From: an uncultured Verrucomicrobiae bacterium | Lineage (GTDB): Bacteria > Chlamydiota > Chlamydiia > Chlamydiales > Rhabdochlamydiaceae | Length of the DNA stretch: 64,000 nt | Assembly: GCA_963731265.1 (NCBI GenBank) | Contig: CAVSUE010000002.1 | Location: 96,001 to 160,000 of the forward strand | Direction of reading: 5' to 3' | In this document: in pieces, positions 9,113 through 18,065 of the stretch | Layout of the letters: every line of letters starts with the position of its first letter | How positions within the stretch are numbered: the first letter of the stretch is position 1 | Translations under genes and position numbers: made by a program | The notes under the pieces: generated by a model | The model's database searches: none | What the model was told of the DNA's origin: nothing | What the model saw: only the letters and a program-made list of their open reading frames with translations

Positions 9113-10924
9113 TTAGCCGTTAATAACATCGACGATGGCTTGAACGCGGTAGTGGTTCAACAATGCGCGAGGTACCCCTGCTGGAGGTACGCCATTTGAT
9201 AGTCCCGTGGTAAACACATTTGTCCCCCAAGCTGGATCACTCGAGTGTCCATCTGCCTTCACAGATCCCAAGTGCCCACGGCGGTGCATGATCTCGTAAA
9301 ACCTGCCATACACTTTTTCAGCAATATCGTTTGATATGTTCGACGACGGGTTCACTTGTATATACCATCCGAAATCAGCTGTATTGTCTTCTCTAGCATT
9401 CTGCAAACCCGTTGCTATTGCAATGAGCGTTGCGTGGCCTGACGTAGGAATAGTGATCCTCGGGGGAAGAGCGACAGCGGGAACAGATGCTGCGACAGGG
9501 GCAATAGGTTGTGGTACGACTTGCGGCTGCACAGGTTCAGGAGCTTTTGGCGCAATCTTGTCTTTTTCAGTCTCCAAGATCTGCTTTTGTGCTTCTCTAA
9601 CCCCAGTGAAGAGAACATTCCAATAGGCCACATAATCATTGATTAATTCTTTCATCTGATCGTCTGTAGTGGGGAAGTTGAGATTTGGATTTGTTTTAAA
9701 AGCAGCTAATCGATTTTGCAATTCGGCGTAGCTGCTGTTTGTGAGAACGGAAAGATCGATGACATCAGCCAGTCCCTGTTTATTCAGTGTTGCATCCTTA
9801 GCGACAAATTGGGCTAAAAGCGCAAACTTTTCTGCAAAATTCTGCACATTTTTTTTGTCATCGCTTGAAGATTGTAGACGCAAATTAATAGACTGAATTG
9901 CTGTTGCGAGAGCGGAGAAGCTCCCATTGCTTTTCGTTAAGGTTTCAATCGCCTTGCAGATGCCATCTAGAATCCGAATTTGTTTCGCAGCATCATGGAA
10001 CCGGGCTTGTGATTCACCAAATAATTTACGCGCAGACGCCTCTCGGTTGCTCTTTTCGAATTCAGAAAGACGCCTTTGCACAAGTTCTTTGCTTTTTTGA
10101 AGCTTTTCTTTCTTATCCTGAATCGAAGAAATATGATCTTCTAGTCCGACCTCTAAATTTCTCAGACGTATTGAAATGGATGATATAACACCCCATTTAA
10201 TTTGATTTAAAGACCCCTGAAGGTGGCTGGGAGTATTAATTAACCTTTTAATATCTTTAACCGCATCATTAATGATCCTTTTCGTTTCGTCCCCTAATCC
10301 AGCCTTTTGATTTAACGCCTCGAGATATTGCTCGAAGCCAACAAATGAGTCTATTTCCTCCCAATCCGCATTACATAAGTTGTCCAAAGCTTCTGTTCTA
10401 ATTTCCTTGATAACCTCAATGAGGTCTCGAATGTTTTGTTTTGCAGGATCTTGAGCCTCGATTTTCTGTTGTAATCGAGCAATCCCAGTTTCCAGTTCCA
10501 CTTTAACATTCGGTGCAGGAAGTACAATCGCCTTTGTATCCAAAACGCTTTTCGTATCTTCCAGTTTTTTGATAACTGCAGCGCTGCTGGTCCTTGCGTG
10601 GATCAAATTTAAAAAGCCGCACACGAATGAGACAATGAAGAAGCTTTTTGATTGTACTTTTCCGTCATCAGACAAGAGCAGTGTGCATAAGCCTCTTTCT
10701 TTCAAAGAAGGTACATTTGCAACACCGTTAACCTTCCCGATCACATGATCCAATTCTATCATCAATTCTTTACGTTCAGCTTGAGACATTTTCTTCACGC
10801 GATTCTGTACAGCAATTTTATTCGTCGCGCCATCTGTGGCATCGTTGAATTTAAACATGGGCGACGCAGCAATAGTCTTTACAATTGAACTATTTGTAAC
10901 TTCTGAATTTATAGCCATAACCAT
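9113..10924 (-). CDS. Hypothetical coiled-coil protein, candidate secreted effector
   Basis: 603-aa ORF; S/N/T-rich N-terminus, coiled coils, Pro-rich linker; very AT-rich upstream region. Confidence 0.7.
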   Translation of the reverse strand: MVMAINSEVTNSSIVKTIAASPMFKFNDATDGATNKIAVQNRVKKMSQAERKELMIELDHVIGKVNGVANVPSLKERGLCTLLLSDDGKVQSKSFFIVSFVCGFLNLIHARTSSAAVIKKLEDTKSVLDTKAIVLPAPNVKVELETGIARLQQKIEAQDPAKQNIRDLIEVIKEIRTEALDNLCNADWEEIDSFVGFEQYLEALNQKAGLGDETKRIINDAVKDIKRLINTPSHLQGSLNQIKWGVISSISIRLRNLEVGLEDHISSIQDKKEKLQKSKELVQRRLSEFEKSNREASARKLFGESQARFHDAAKQIRILDGICKAIETLTKSNGSFSALATAIQSINLRLQSSSDDKKNVQNFAEKFALLAQFVAKDATLNKQGLADVIDLSVLTNSSYAELQNRLAAFKTNPNLNFPTTDDQMKELINDYVAYWNVLFTGVREAQKQILETEKDKIAPKAPEPVQPQVVPQPIAPVAASVPAVALPPRITIPTSGHATLIAIATGLQNAREDNTADFGWYIQVNPSSNISNDIAEKVYGRFYEIMHRRGHLGSVKADGHSSDPAWGTNVFTTGLSNGVPPAGVPRALLNHYRVQAIVDVING

Positions 10925-11092
10925 TCCTCAATTTTTTATTCTAGATTATTATAGTTTTAATTATATCAGATAAAATAGTTTAGTTGAATAGAAACGAGGA
11001 AATAAAATTTAATTTAATGTGTAATAAAATTTATAATATATAATTTAATGAAATTTTTTATTATGTATTAAAATTTTAATTAATTGAATTTC

Positions 11093-12016
11093 TTACTGAA
11101 AAAGGATTCTCCAGTCCAAAGTGCCGACTAAAATCCCTACGATGCAAAGCCCATTGGCAAGCCAATTCACCTTTTCTTTATAAAGCCATTGGCCCCAAAG
11201 ATTGCAGGACAAAATGATCACAACAGAAAAGATCGGGAATATCATCGCGTGTTCGAGCCGAGTGGAAACTTCTGTCGACCAAATCATGAAGAAGGTGCCG
11301 ATCCCGTTGGTAAGTCCACCTAAAATGCCATAAGCAACCTCGGATCGATTGGGAAGCCGGCGCTGCGCCGAGATGTAATAAATAATTTGAATGAGGGCAG
11401 CGGCAAAGTAGAGGGATGGCATAAACCATTGACTTGTGGCATCTTGCACATCGAAATTGAGAAATAGGCCATTTTCACCAGGGAAATTAATGAAAAGCGC
11501 CCGCCACTGCATCAGGATAAGGAAAAGCGTATGCAGGAGGAAGGCGCCAACCACAAAGGCGGCCCATCGCATTTTCTTCTCGGAGTTTCTAGCCCCCCAG
11601 CCTGCCCAAAACAGCCCCAGAATGACAAGGAGGGATCCCAAGCCGTTGAAGACAGAATACACATACCCAAATGGAGCGCCGAACAAAAATACCATCAAGA
11701 CCATCGGCATGACCGATGAAGCGTTCAGAGCTGCAAAAGTCAGTCCTGGCGGGCCGCTCTCTAACGATTTTCCCAGGCAAATCATCATTATCGCAAGGAT
11801 AACGCCGCCCGCGATTCCGAAATTGACCATACAGGCGCTCCATTGGTATTCTCCTGTGCGCACAGGATTCAACAAAACGGCCACCAAAAAGACCAACGAG
11901 AGCTGAATCATCAAAAAGGCTTTACTCGATCCTCCGGAATCAATGCTCCTCCGCATACAATAATTTGAAGCGGCCACAAAAAGGGAAGCGAGTACCATCA
12001 ACTGGATGCCCATCAA
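11093..12016 (-). CDS. DMT/EamA-like integral membrane transporter
   Basis: About 10 hydrophobic helices in two repeats; ends YKEKVNW..GILVG. Confidence 0.7.
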   Translation of the reverse strand: MMGIQLMVLASLFVAASNYCMRRSIDSGGSSKAFLMIQLSLVFLVAVLLNPVRTGEYQWSACMVNFGIAGGVILAIMMICLGKSLESGPPGLTFAALNASSVMPMVLMVFLFGAPFGYVYSVFNGLGSLLVILGLFWAGWGARNSEKKMRWAAFVVGAFLLHTLFLILMQWRALFINFPGENGLFLNFDVQDATSQWFMPSLYFAAALIQIIYYISAQRRLPNRSEVAYGILGGLTNGIGTFFMIWSTEVSTRLEHAMIFPIFSVVIILSCNLWGQWLYKEKVNWLANGLCIVGILVGTLDWRILFQ

Positions 12017-12142
12017 AAAAACCTTGCATTTATGGTATCAGAATACCAAGACTGTCAAAAATTTTGAACGAAAAATTGTTGTGACTTTGAACGGAAAAGG
12101 GTATATAAATTTCTAAGAAAAATCGTTTTTAGACAGGTTCAG

Positions 12143-14845
12143 ATGCGAAAACCAATTGCGTTGCTCTTCTCTCTACTCAGTCTGCTTACCAGCCTATCGG
12201 CCAAAATCCCCGATGGGGCCTCTCTAGAAGAGAGTCTTCAACTGCGCAAGATTGCGGAATATTGGAAGGAAAACGACTTTAAAACAGTGAAAATTCAGAT
12301 CAAGGATTTTTTAGGCAAAAATCCAAAAAGCGCTTATGCCGATCAGCTCCATGCCATGCTCGGAGATCTTTACTTTCAGGATAAAAACTATGCAGAGGCA
12401 GCTCTAGCTTATGATCAAATCCAGGGAAAAGAATTCCGCCAAAAAACGCAATTCCGCCATTTACACAGCCTTTACGAAGAAGAAAAATACGATGCGTTCC
12501 TTCCCCTTTCCGATCTGTTTTTAAGCGACCCCAATGCAAAAGCCGATGAGATCAATACGATTCACTTTGAACGGGGTGAGATTTTTTTCACGACCGCTTA
12601 TCGTGAAGAGGATGAGGTTCAAAAAAAAGAGCTGATGAAGTCCGCTCTTGCGGAATACCAGCACGTGATGCAGACAAAATACAGCGATTCGACGTTGCTT
12701 CCTCAAGCACAAATTCTCGCTTTTTTTGGGGAGTACTCAAAAGCTGCTTCTGTGTTTATGCTGCTCTCGCATAAAGACCAAAACAAAAAAGAAGATTACC
12801 TTTTTCAAGCGGCCGCCATGCAGCTTCATTTCGATAAAGGCAAGGCGATCGAAACTTTCGGCGCCATTTGTGAGCTCGGAGGAAAAACCGCTTCAAAAGC
12901 AGCTTTCAATCAATTAAACCTTCTATTCCAGGAAAAACGTTATCAGGATTTCATCCTCGGCTATGAAAAAGCCTCCCCACATTTGTCCCAAGACAAAGCT
13001 CCTGTCATGCAATATTTCCTTGGCAAGTCTCTGTATTTCACTCAGGATTACGCACGGGCAGCCGATCCTCTCCTACAGTGTTTAGCCTCAAAAGCCCTCG
13101 ATCGCGCAGGACAAAAAAGCGCTCTGATTACGCTGATTGCTTGTGCAAGAGAAATGCCTGATCTCGTCTTGTTTGAAAAAGCGCTTACAACCTTAAAAGC
13201 AGAGTTTTCTCAGGACGAAGAAACGACGAATATCCTTCTGATGCACCTTCAGTTTTGCCGCGCTAATAAAGAATGGTCTAAAGCCCGCTCCGACATCCGT
13301 GAAATTCTCGACTTAAGCCCTAGCCATCCTGAAAAAGAGGCTCTGCTTTATGAGTATGCCTTGATTCTCCTGCAAGAAGAAAAATGGCAAGAAAGCGCAT
13401 CAGCTTTCGATTCCTTCGTGAAGGATTTTCCGCAAAGCTCCTACCGCGCGAATGCTCTGCGCCAAATTGTCAATTGCCGCATTGAGGATATCAAAAAAGG
13501 TCCCGTTGAAACAGCGCGTATCAAAAAGCAGCAGCTTCTCAGTGTGCTGAATGAGGTATTAGAAGAGCAAAAAATCTTCTCATCGTCAGAAAAACAAAAA
13601 ATGCGCTACCTCTTAGGAAAAACGCAGTTTGAAATGGGTGAATACGAGGAAGCGATCGGAAATTTGAGCGAATATGTCAAAGATTTCCCCAAAGATCCTA
13701 CCTGCGCCGATGCTTATCTTTTACTGGCCTATGCACACTATAAAGGGGAGCGCGATGACATGCATTTTGCGCTGAATGCGGAAAAAGCTCTTGTTCTAAA
13801 TCCGCACATGCAAGGCGCTGTCGATCTTCATCTGACCTTGTTCAATATGTATCTCGGTTTGGCCGAAAAGGCCTCAGGCGATGAGAAAGCCGAGAGGATT
13901 GAACGCGCAGCCGAACATCTTTTTTTGGGCCTAGACAAGCCTGCAAAAGAACAGAATCAACGCTGGCTTGCGAGCTACTATTTTCAACAGTACAAAAATG
14001 GGAACCCCGCACTGATCGAAAGATCGATCATTGTGCTGGAAAAACTGCTCGAGATCAAAGAAGGGGATTTTTCACTTTCCATCCAGGAACGCTCTTTGGA
14101 AAAAGAAGCGGAAGCATTAAAGTTGGCAGAACTCTACAGAAAAACAGGAAGGCACAAACAGCAAGTCCAGCTGCTCGGTACTCTGGCAAAAACCCATCAG
14201 TCTCATCCAGAACATCCATGGAAATATCAACGCATGACCCAATTCGAACTCGGAAAAGCTTATCTTGGGGCCGGCGAAAAAGATAAGGCCAAACAGAATT
14301 TCGAAGAATTGATCCTCTCCTCTGCTCACAGCTCATCCTATTTCGCTCACGCCGCGACTGTAGAAAAAGCAAAATTGGAGTTTTCTTCCCTGAAAAAAAC
14401 CGACCGGCATGAAGCCTCTGAAGCCGGCCTAGCGATTTGCAATGCGTTGAAAGATGTTTATATTCAACGAAAATTGCATTCAGAACCTCTTCATTTTGAA
14501 GCCGCTCTTTGTTATGCTGAATACAAATCCGCTTTAGCGCCGTTGTCGGAACAGAACGACCGTATGGTTTTTTTGCTCTCCCAGTTGAGAGATAATTATT
14601 TTGCTCCTGGGGATCCCCTGGTCCAACAATATTTTTCCGCTGCCGAACAATTTCCGGACAAAGATCAATTATGCAGGCAGTATCTCGCGTTCATCGATTT
14701 GGAGATCATGCGCCTGCAGGCTCAAAAAACAAACGATGCACAACTTCTTGACAAAACCAAGGAAAAATTGAATCATCTTTTGACGGAAGCGAATGAAGAA
14801 AAATTGAAACAACGCATCACAGAGGCTCTGAACAGACTGTTATGA
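12143..14845 (+). CDS. Large exported TPR protein
   Basis: Signal peptide; many TPR-like helical pairs (LGDLYF, YFLGKSLY, YLLGKTQF, FELGKAY). Confidence 0.8.
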   Translation: MRKPIALLFSLLSLLTSLSAKIPDGASLEESLQLRKIAEYWKENDFKTVKIQIKDFLGKNPKSAYADQLHAMLGDLYFQDKNYAEAALAYDQIQGKEFRQKTQFRHLHSLYEEEKYDAFLPLSDLFLSDPNAKADEINTIHFERGEIFFTTAYREEDEVQKKELMKSALAEYQHVMQTKYSDSTLLPQAQILAFFGEYSKAASVFMLLSHKDQNKKEDYLFQAAAMQLHFDKGKAIETFGAICELGGKTASKAAFNQLNLLFQEKRYQDFILGYEKASPHLSQDKAPVMQYFLGKSLYFTQDYARAADPLLQCLASKALDRAGQKSALITLIACAREMPDLVLFEKALTTLKAEFSQDEETTNILLMHLQFCRANKEWSKARSDIREILDLSPSHPEKEALLYEYALILLQEEKWQESASAFDSFVKDFPQSSYRANALRQIVNCRIEDIKKGPVETARIKKQQLLSVLNEVLEEQKIFSSSEKQKMRYLLGKTQFEMGEYEEAIGNLSEYVKDFPKDPTCADAYLLLAYAHYKGERDDMHFALNAEKALVLNPHMQGAVDLHLTLFNMYLGLAEKASGDEKAERIERAAEHLFLGLDKPAKEQNQRWLASYYFQQYKNGNPALIERSIIVLEKLLEIKEGDFSLSIQERSLEKEAEALKLAELYRKTGRHKQQVQLLGTLAKTHQSHPEHPWKYQRMTQFELGKAYLGAGEKDKAKQNFEELILSSAHSSSYFAHAATVEKAKLEFSSLKKTDRHEASEAGLAICNALKDVYIQRKLHSEPLHFEAALCYAEYKSALAPLSEQNDRMVFLLSQLRDNYFAPGDPLVQQYFSAAEQFPDKDQLCRQYLAFIDLEIMRLQAQKTNDAQLLDKTKEKLNHLLTEANEEKLKQRITEALNRLL

Positions 14846-16749
14846 ACGCCATGCCAATTTCTTCGAAATCACGCCTGCTCCTGATGAAATGCATTGCGGT
14901 TTCATTGGCTGTCCATGCGGCAGGTCTCCTTTCATTCTATTTTCATCCTCTTGTTTTGCATAGCCCCTTCCAATCGCTTTTCGGCATCACTGCCGCCACG
15001 CCGACCTTGCTGAAGTCCCGCGAAGAGGATGCCGAATTGCTGCAGGCGAACAACCGCACTCTTAAGGAAGTTTTCGAGAACATCGTTGTCTTTTCTCCCC
15101 ATTTTCAGCAGCCTTATGATCTGATTGAACTTCCCAAAGGGCTTGCTCTGGCCCCCAATGAAGAAGATGGGATGATCGACCCTCCCGGCAACGATTTTTT
15201 TCCCGCCCTTGAAAGATCAAAGCAACAAAACTCCTTCGCTCTACCTATTTCTGAAAAAACTCAGGACCAAAGACAAGAAGACCTTCCCGCTCTGTTTTCT
15301 CCACAAGAAATTGGGGCCCCATTTGCCTCGCAATTGCAAATCGACGCCAATCCCGCAATCGGCGAAATTCCTCTTCCTAGCATTCCCATCGGCGAAGGTA
15401 ACGATGACAATCTTGTCGTCCTCAGTGATTTCTCCTTGGCCGCCTCTTTTGAAACTGACTATTCGCTCAATTTGTCACCTCAGCTCGCATCGCCAAACAG
15501 CCTGAAGATTGGAGAAGACCTCCAACTGAAAGCCGATATTAAATCTCAGGCTGCGCTTGTCGAGGAACGGCATTTAAACCTGGAAAATGAAAAAGTGCGT
15601 TCGACGCTTTTTGTGCCTAAATCCTCCCACCTTTTTACAGAAAAACGGGAACTCGCCGTCTCAAGCCCGCCTCTAGCTTTCGAACACTACAAATTTCCTC
15701 CTCTGGCGACCGCCTCGGAATGGGACAGTCAATTTGATGTCGACATTGTTTTCCTCCCCAATCCTGAAGGCCAAGGCTATATCTTTTCCCTTTCCGTCCA
15801 CCCAGGCGATGAGATCCACAGCCATAGCTTGAAACAAAATCTCTATTTCATCCTCGATCGCTCCAATTCGGTGCAAAAACACCGTTTCGCTGTGTTCAAA
15901 CGCGCTGTCCTGAAAGCCCTTACCAGTATGCAGCACGGCGATGCTTTCAACATTCTGATCATCGATAAAAAGCTCACTGCATTCAGCCCGGAAAATCGCC
16001 CTGTGACTATGAGGAATATTCAGGCTGCGGAGGAGTTTCTCGACAAGCAAGAAGCGGGCGGACTATTTGCTGCTGCCGAGATGTTAGGGTCTCTCGATAA
16101 AATCCTCGCCACGATTCCCGATAACGAAGAAATGCATACAGCTGTTTTGTTGACCGATGGAAAATCGGGAATGAACAACGAGCGCAAACAAAACATGCTG
16201 AAGAAGTGGGTGGAAAAAAATAACGGTAAATTGTCCGTTTATGCCGCGGCCGTTGGTCGCGATAACGATCTATTGACGCTCGACATGTTGACCTCGCTCA
16301 GCGGAGGCAGGCTTCTTTATTCCGATACCCATGCCGCTTTGCCCAGGAAATTAGCCAAACTCGTCCTCGACCTCAAAGATCCTGTCGCAAAAGAGTTGAT
16401 GATTACTGCTCTCCCGCACCATCCCCATTCCCGCATTGAGTTCTATCCAGCAGGCTCCCATCTTCCCTCGCTGTATTCCCACCAGCCATTTGTGCTCATC
16501 GGGCAAATTGACGACCCCTGTTCCTTTGATCTCGTGATTCAGGGGAGAAACCGCGACGAATGGATTTCCATCAATAAAAACGTCTCTTTCGTCAATGGCC
16601 AGAAAGGCACACAGGCCCTCGAATTGCAATGGTCCGGCGCCCAAGCCAATCTATGCTATGCCAAATTTCTCAAAGAGGGGAAAGGCGCGCATCTCAAAGA
16701 GGCGAAAGAAATCCTTAAAAAATCCCGCCGAGAGATCGCGTTCGAATGA
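14842..16749 (+). CDS. Membrane-anchored von Willebrand factor A domain protein
   Basis: N-terminal TM; MIDAS motifs FILDRSNS and LLTDG; ATGA overlap with TPR gene. Confidence 0.82.
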   Translation: MNAMPISSKSRLLLMKCIAVSLAVHAAGLLSFYFHPLVLHSPFQSLFGITAATPTLLKSREEDAELLQANNRTLKEVFENIVVFSPHFQQPYDLIELPKGLALAPNEEDGMIDPPGNDFFPALERSKQQNSFALPISEKTQDQRQEDLPALFSPQEIGAPFASQLQIDANPAIGEIPLPSIPIGEGNDDNLVVLSDFSLAASFETDYSLNLSPQLASPNSLKIGEDLQLKADIKSQAALVEERHLNLENEKVRSTLFVPKSSHLFTEKRELAVSSPPLAFEHYKFPPLATASEWDSQFDVDIVFLPNPEGQGYIFSLSVHPGDEIHSHSLKQNLYFILDRSNSVQKHRFAVFKRAVLKALTSMQHGDAFNILIIDKKLTAFSPENRPVTMRNIQAAEEFLDKQEAGGLFAAAEMLGSLDKILATIPDNEEMHTAVLLTDGKSGMNNERKQNMLKKWVEKNNGKLSVYAAAVGRDNDLLTLDMLTSLSGGRLLYSDTHAALPRKLAKLVLDLKDPVAKELMITALPHHPHSRIEFYPAGSHLPSLYSHQPFVLIGQIDDPCSFDLVIQGRNRDEWISINKNVSFVNGQKGTQALELQWSGAQANLCYAKFLKEGKGAHLKEAKEILKKSRREIAFE

Positions 16750-17321
16750 CTTTCCGGATCATTGGCGGCACTTTCCGCAACCATCCTTTGAAGTCCCCTA
16801 AGGGACAACAAACACGTCCAACACTTGCCATCATGCGCAAGGCTGTTTTTGATATTTTGCAAAACCAGGTAGAAAATGCTCATTTGCTCGATCTGTATGC
16901 CGGCACCGGCGCGATGGGGCTTGAAGCCTTGAGCCGAGGAGCGGCGCATGCGACGTTTGTCGAGAAAGATCGCGCGGCCCTGCATTGCCTTCAACAGAAT
17001 ATTGAAACTCTTAAGGTCGATCAGAAATGCACATTGGTGGGATATGATTGTTCTTCCGCTTTAAAGAAATTCGACAAAAAAAAGCTCCGCTTCGATATCG
17101 TCTACGCGGATCCACCTTACGCCGCAGCTTCAAAGCAGCTGGAAGAAATTTTACTCTTCTTTGATACACATGATCTTCTGAGTAAAGGAGGAGTATTATT
17201 CCTTGAAGAGGCTTTTCCACCCACTTTGAAGGCAGACAATTTATCCCTCTCCCAGTTACGCTATGTCGATACCCGCTCTTTTTCACATTCCACCTTGCAC
17301 CAATTCCGACTGTCCAACTAA
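16746..17321 (+). CDS. rsmD: 16S rRNA m2G966 methyltransferase
   Basis: RIIGG, TRPT, LDLYAGTGAMGLEALSRGA and DPPY motifs. Confidence 0.95.
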   Translation: MTFRIIGGTFRNHPLKSPKGQQTRPTLAIMRKAVFDILQNQVENAHLLDLYAGTGAMGLEALSRGAAHATFVEKDRAALHCLQQNIETLKVDQKCTLVGYDCSSALKKFDKKKLRFDIVYADPPYAAASKQLEEILLFFDTHDLLSKGGVLFLEEAFPPTLKADNLSLSQLRYVDTRSFSHSTLHQFRLSN

Positions 17322-17487
17322 GAGGATGTCTACAAAGTGAGGGTTCGTCGAGTTTTTTATTTTGGCCGCTTTCGATTCTTTTTGCGGGGGTAGTATACCC
17401 CAGTTGATACAACCCCCCAAAAAGAATCGAAAATCGACTTAAAAACACCGAAAAATCGACAGAACCTCACTTTATACAAATCTTCTA
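17320..17487. repeat. Palindromic element (RPE/MITE-like), intergenic copy
   Basis: Imperfect terminal IRs (TACAAAGTGAGGGTTCGTCGA ... TCGACAGAACCTCACTTTATA); core TTCGATTCTTTTTG..GGGG..GTAT..ATAC..CCCC..AAAAAGAATCGAA shared with 40386-40561. Confidence 0.85.
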
Positions 17488-17497
17488 AGGTTTATTT

Positions 17498-17977
17498 ATG
17501 AAAAAAGCTCTTTTTCCCGGTACCTTTGATCCTCCGACGCTTGGACATATCGATATCATCAAGCGTTCAGCTTCGATGTGCGATAAGCTCTATGTCGGCA
17601 TTGCAAGCAACGCCTACAAAACCGATGCGCTTTTTCCTGTCGATGAGAAAGTTGCAATGTTAAAGCAAATTTGCAAGGCCTATCCTCACGCGGAAATCGT
17701 TCATTTTTCCTGCCTTGTCGTCGAATTTGCTAAACAGCATCAGATCAATTATCTACTTCGGGGGTTGCGCGCCTTTTCCGATTTTGAATACGAATTCCGC
17801 ATGGCCCTTGCCAATCGCCACTTGAGCGGCATTGAGACAGTTTTCCTCATGGCCGATGAAAGAGTGGCTCATATCAGCTCGACCTTGATCCGAGAATTGG
17901 GCCGATATAAGAGCCGTCTACATGGATTTGTCCCCGCCGAAATCGAAGAACAAGTCTTTTCTAAAGTCTCAAAGTAG
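17498..17977 (+). CDS. coaD: Phosphopantetheine adenylyltransferase
   Basis: FPGTFDPPTLGH, RGLRAFSDFEYE and ISST motifs. Confidence 0.97.
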   Translation: MKKALFPGTFDPPTLGHIDIIKRSASMCDKLYVGIASNAYKTDALFPVDEKVAMLKQICKAYPHAEIVHFSCLVVEFAKQHQINYLLRGLRAFSDFEYEFRMALANRHLSGIETVFLMADERVAHISSTLIRELGRYKSRLHGFVPAEIEEQVFSKVSK

Positions 17978-17995
17978 GGCGATCTAAAGTGAATA

Positions 17996-18030
17996 GGAAA
18001 AATTGTCTTTATCAGAAAGACAATTTTTCC
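17996..18030. terminator. Hairpin between convergent genes
   Basis: GGAAAAATTGTCTTT-ATCAG-AAAGACAATTTTTCC perfect 15-bp stem. Confidence 0.7.
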
Positions 18031-18065
18031 CGTGTTTGGCTTTTGTACGAAAGACAAACGCCGTG

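Noticed and set aside
17011..17448. 145-aa minus-strand ORF resembling the ccsA N-terminus
   Set aside because: It is a translation of the palindromic element plus antisense rsmD
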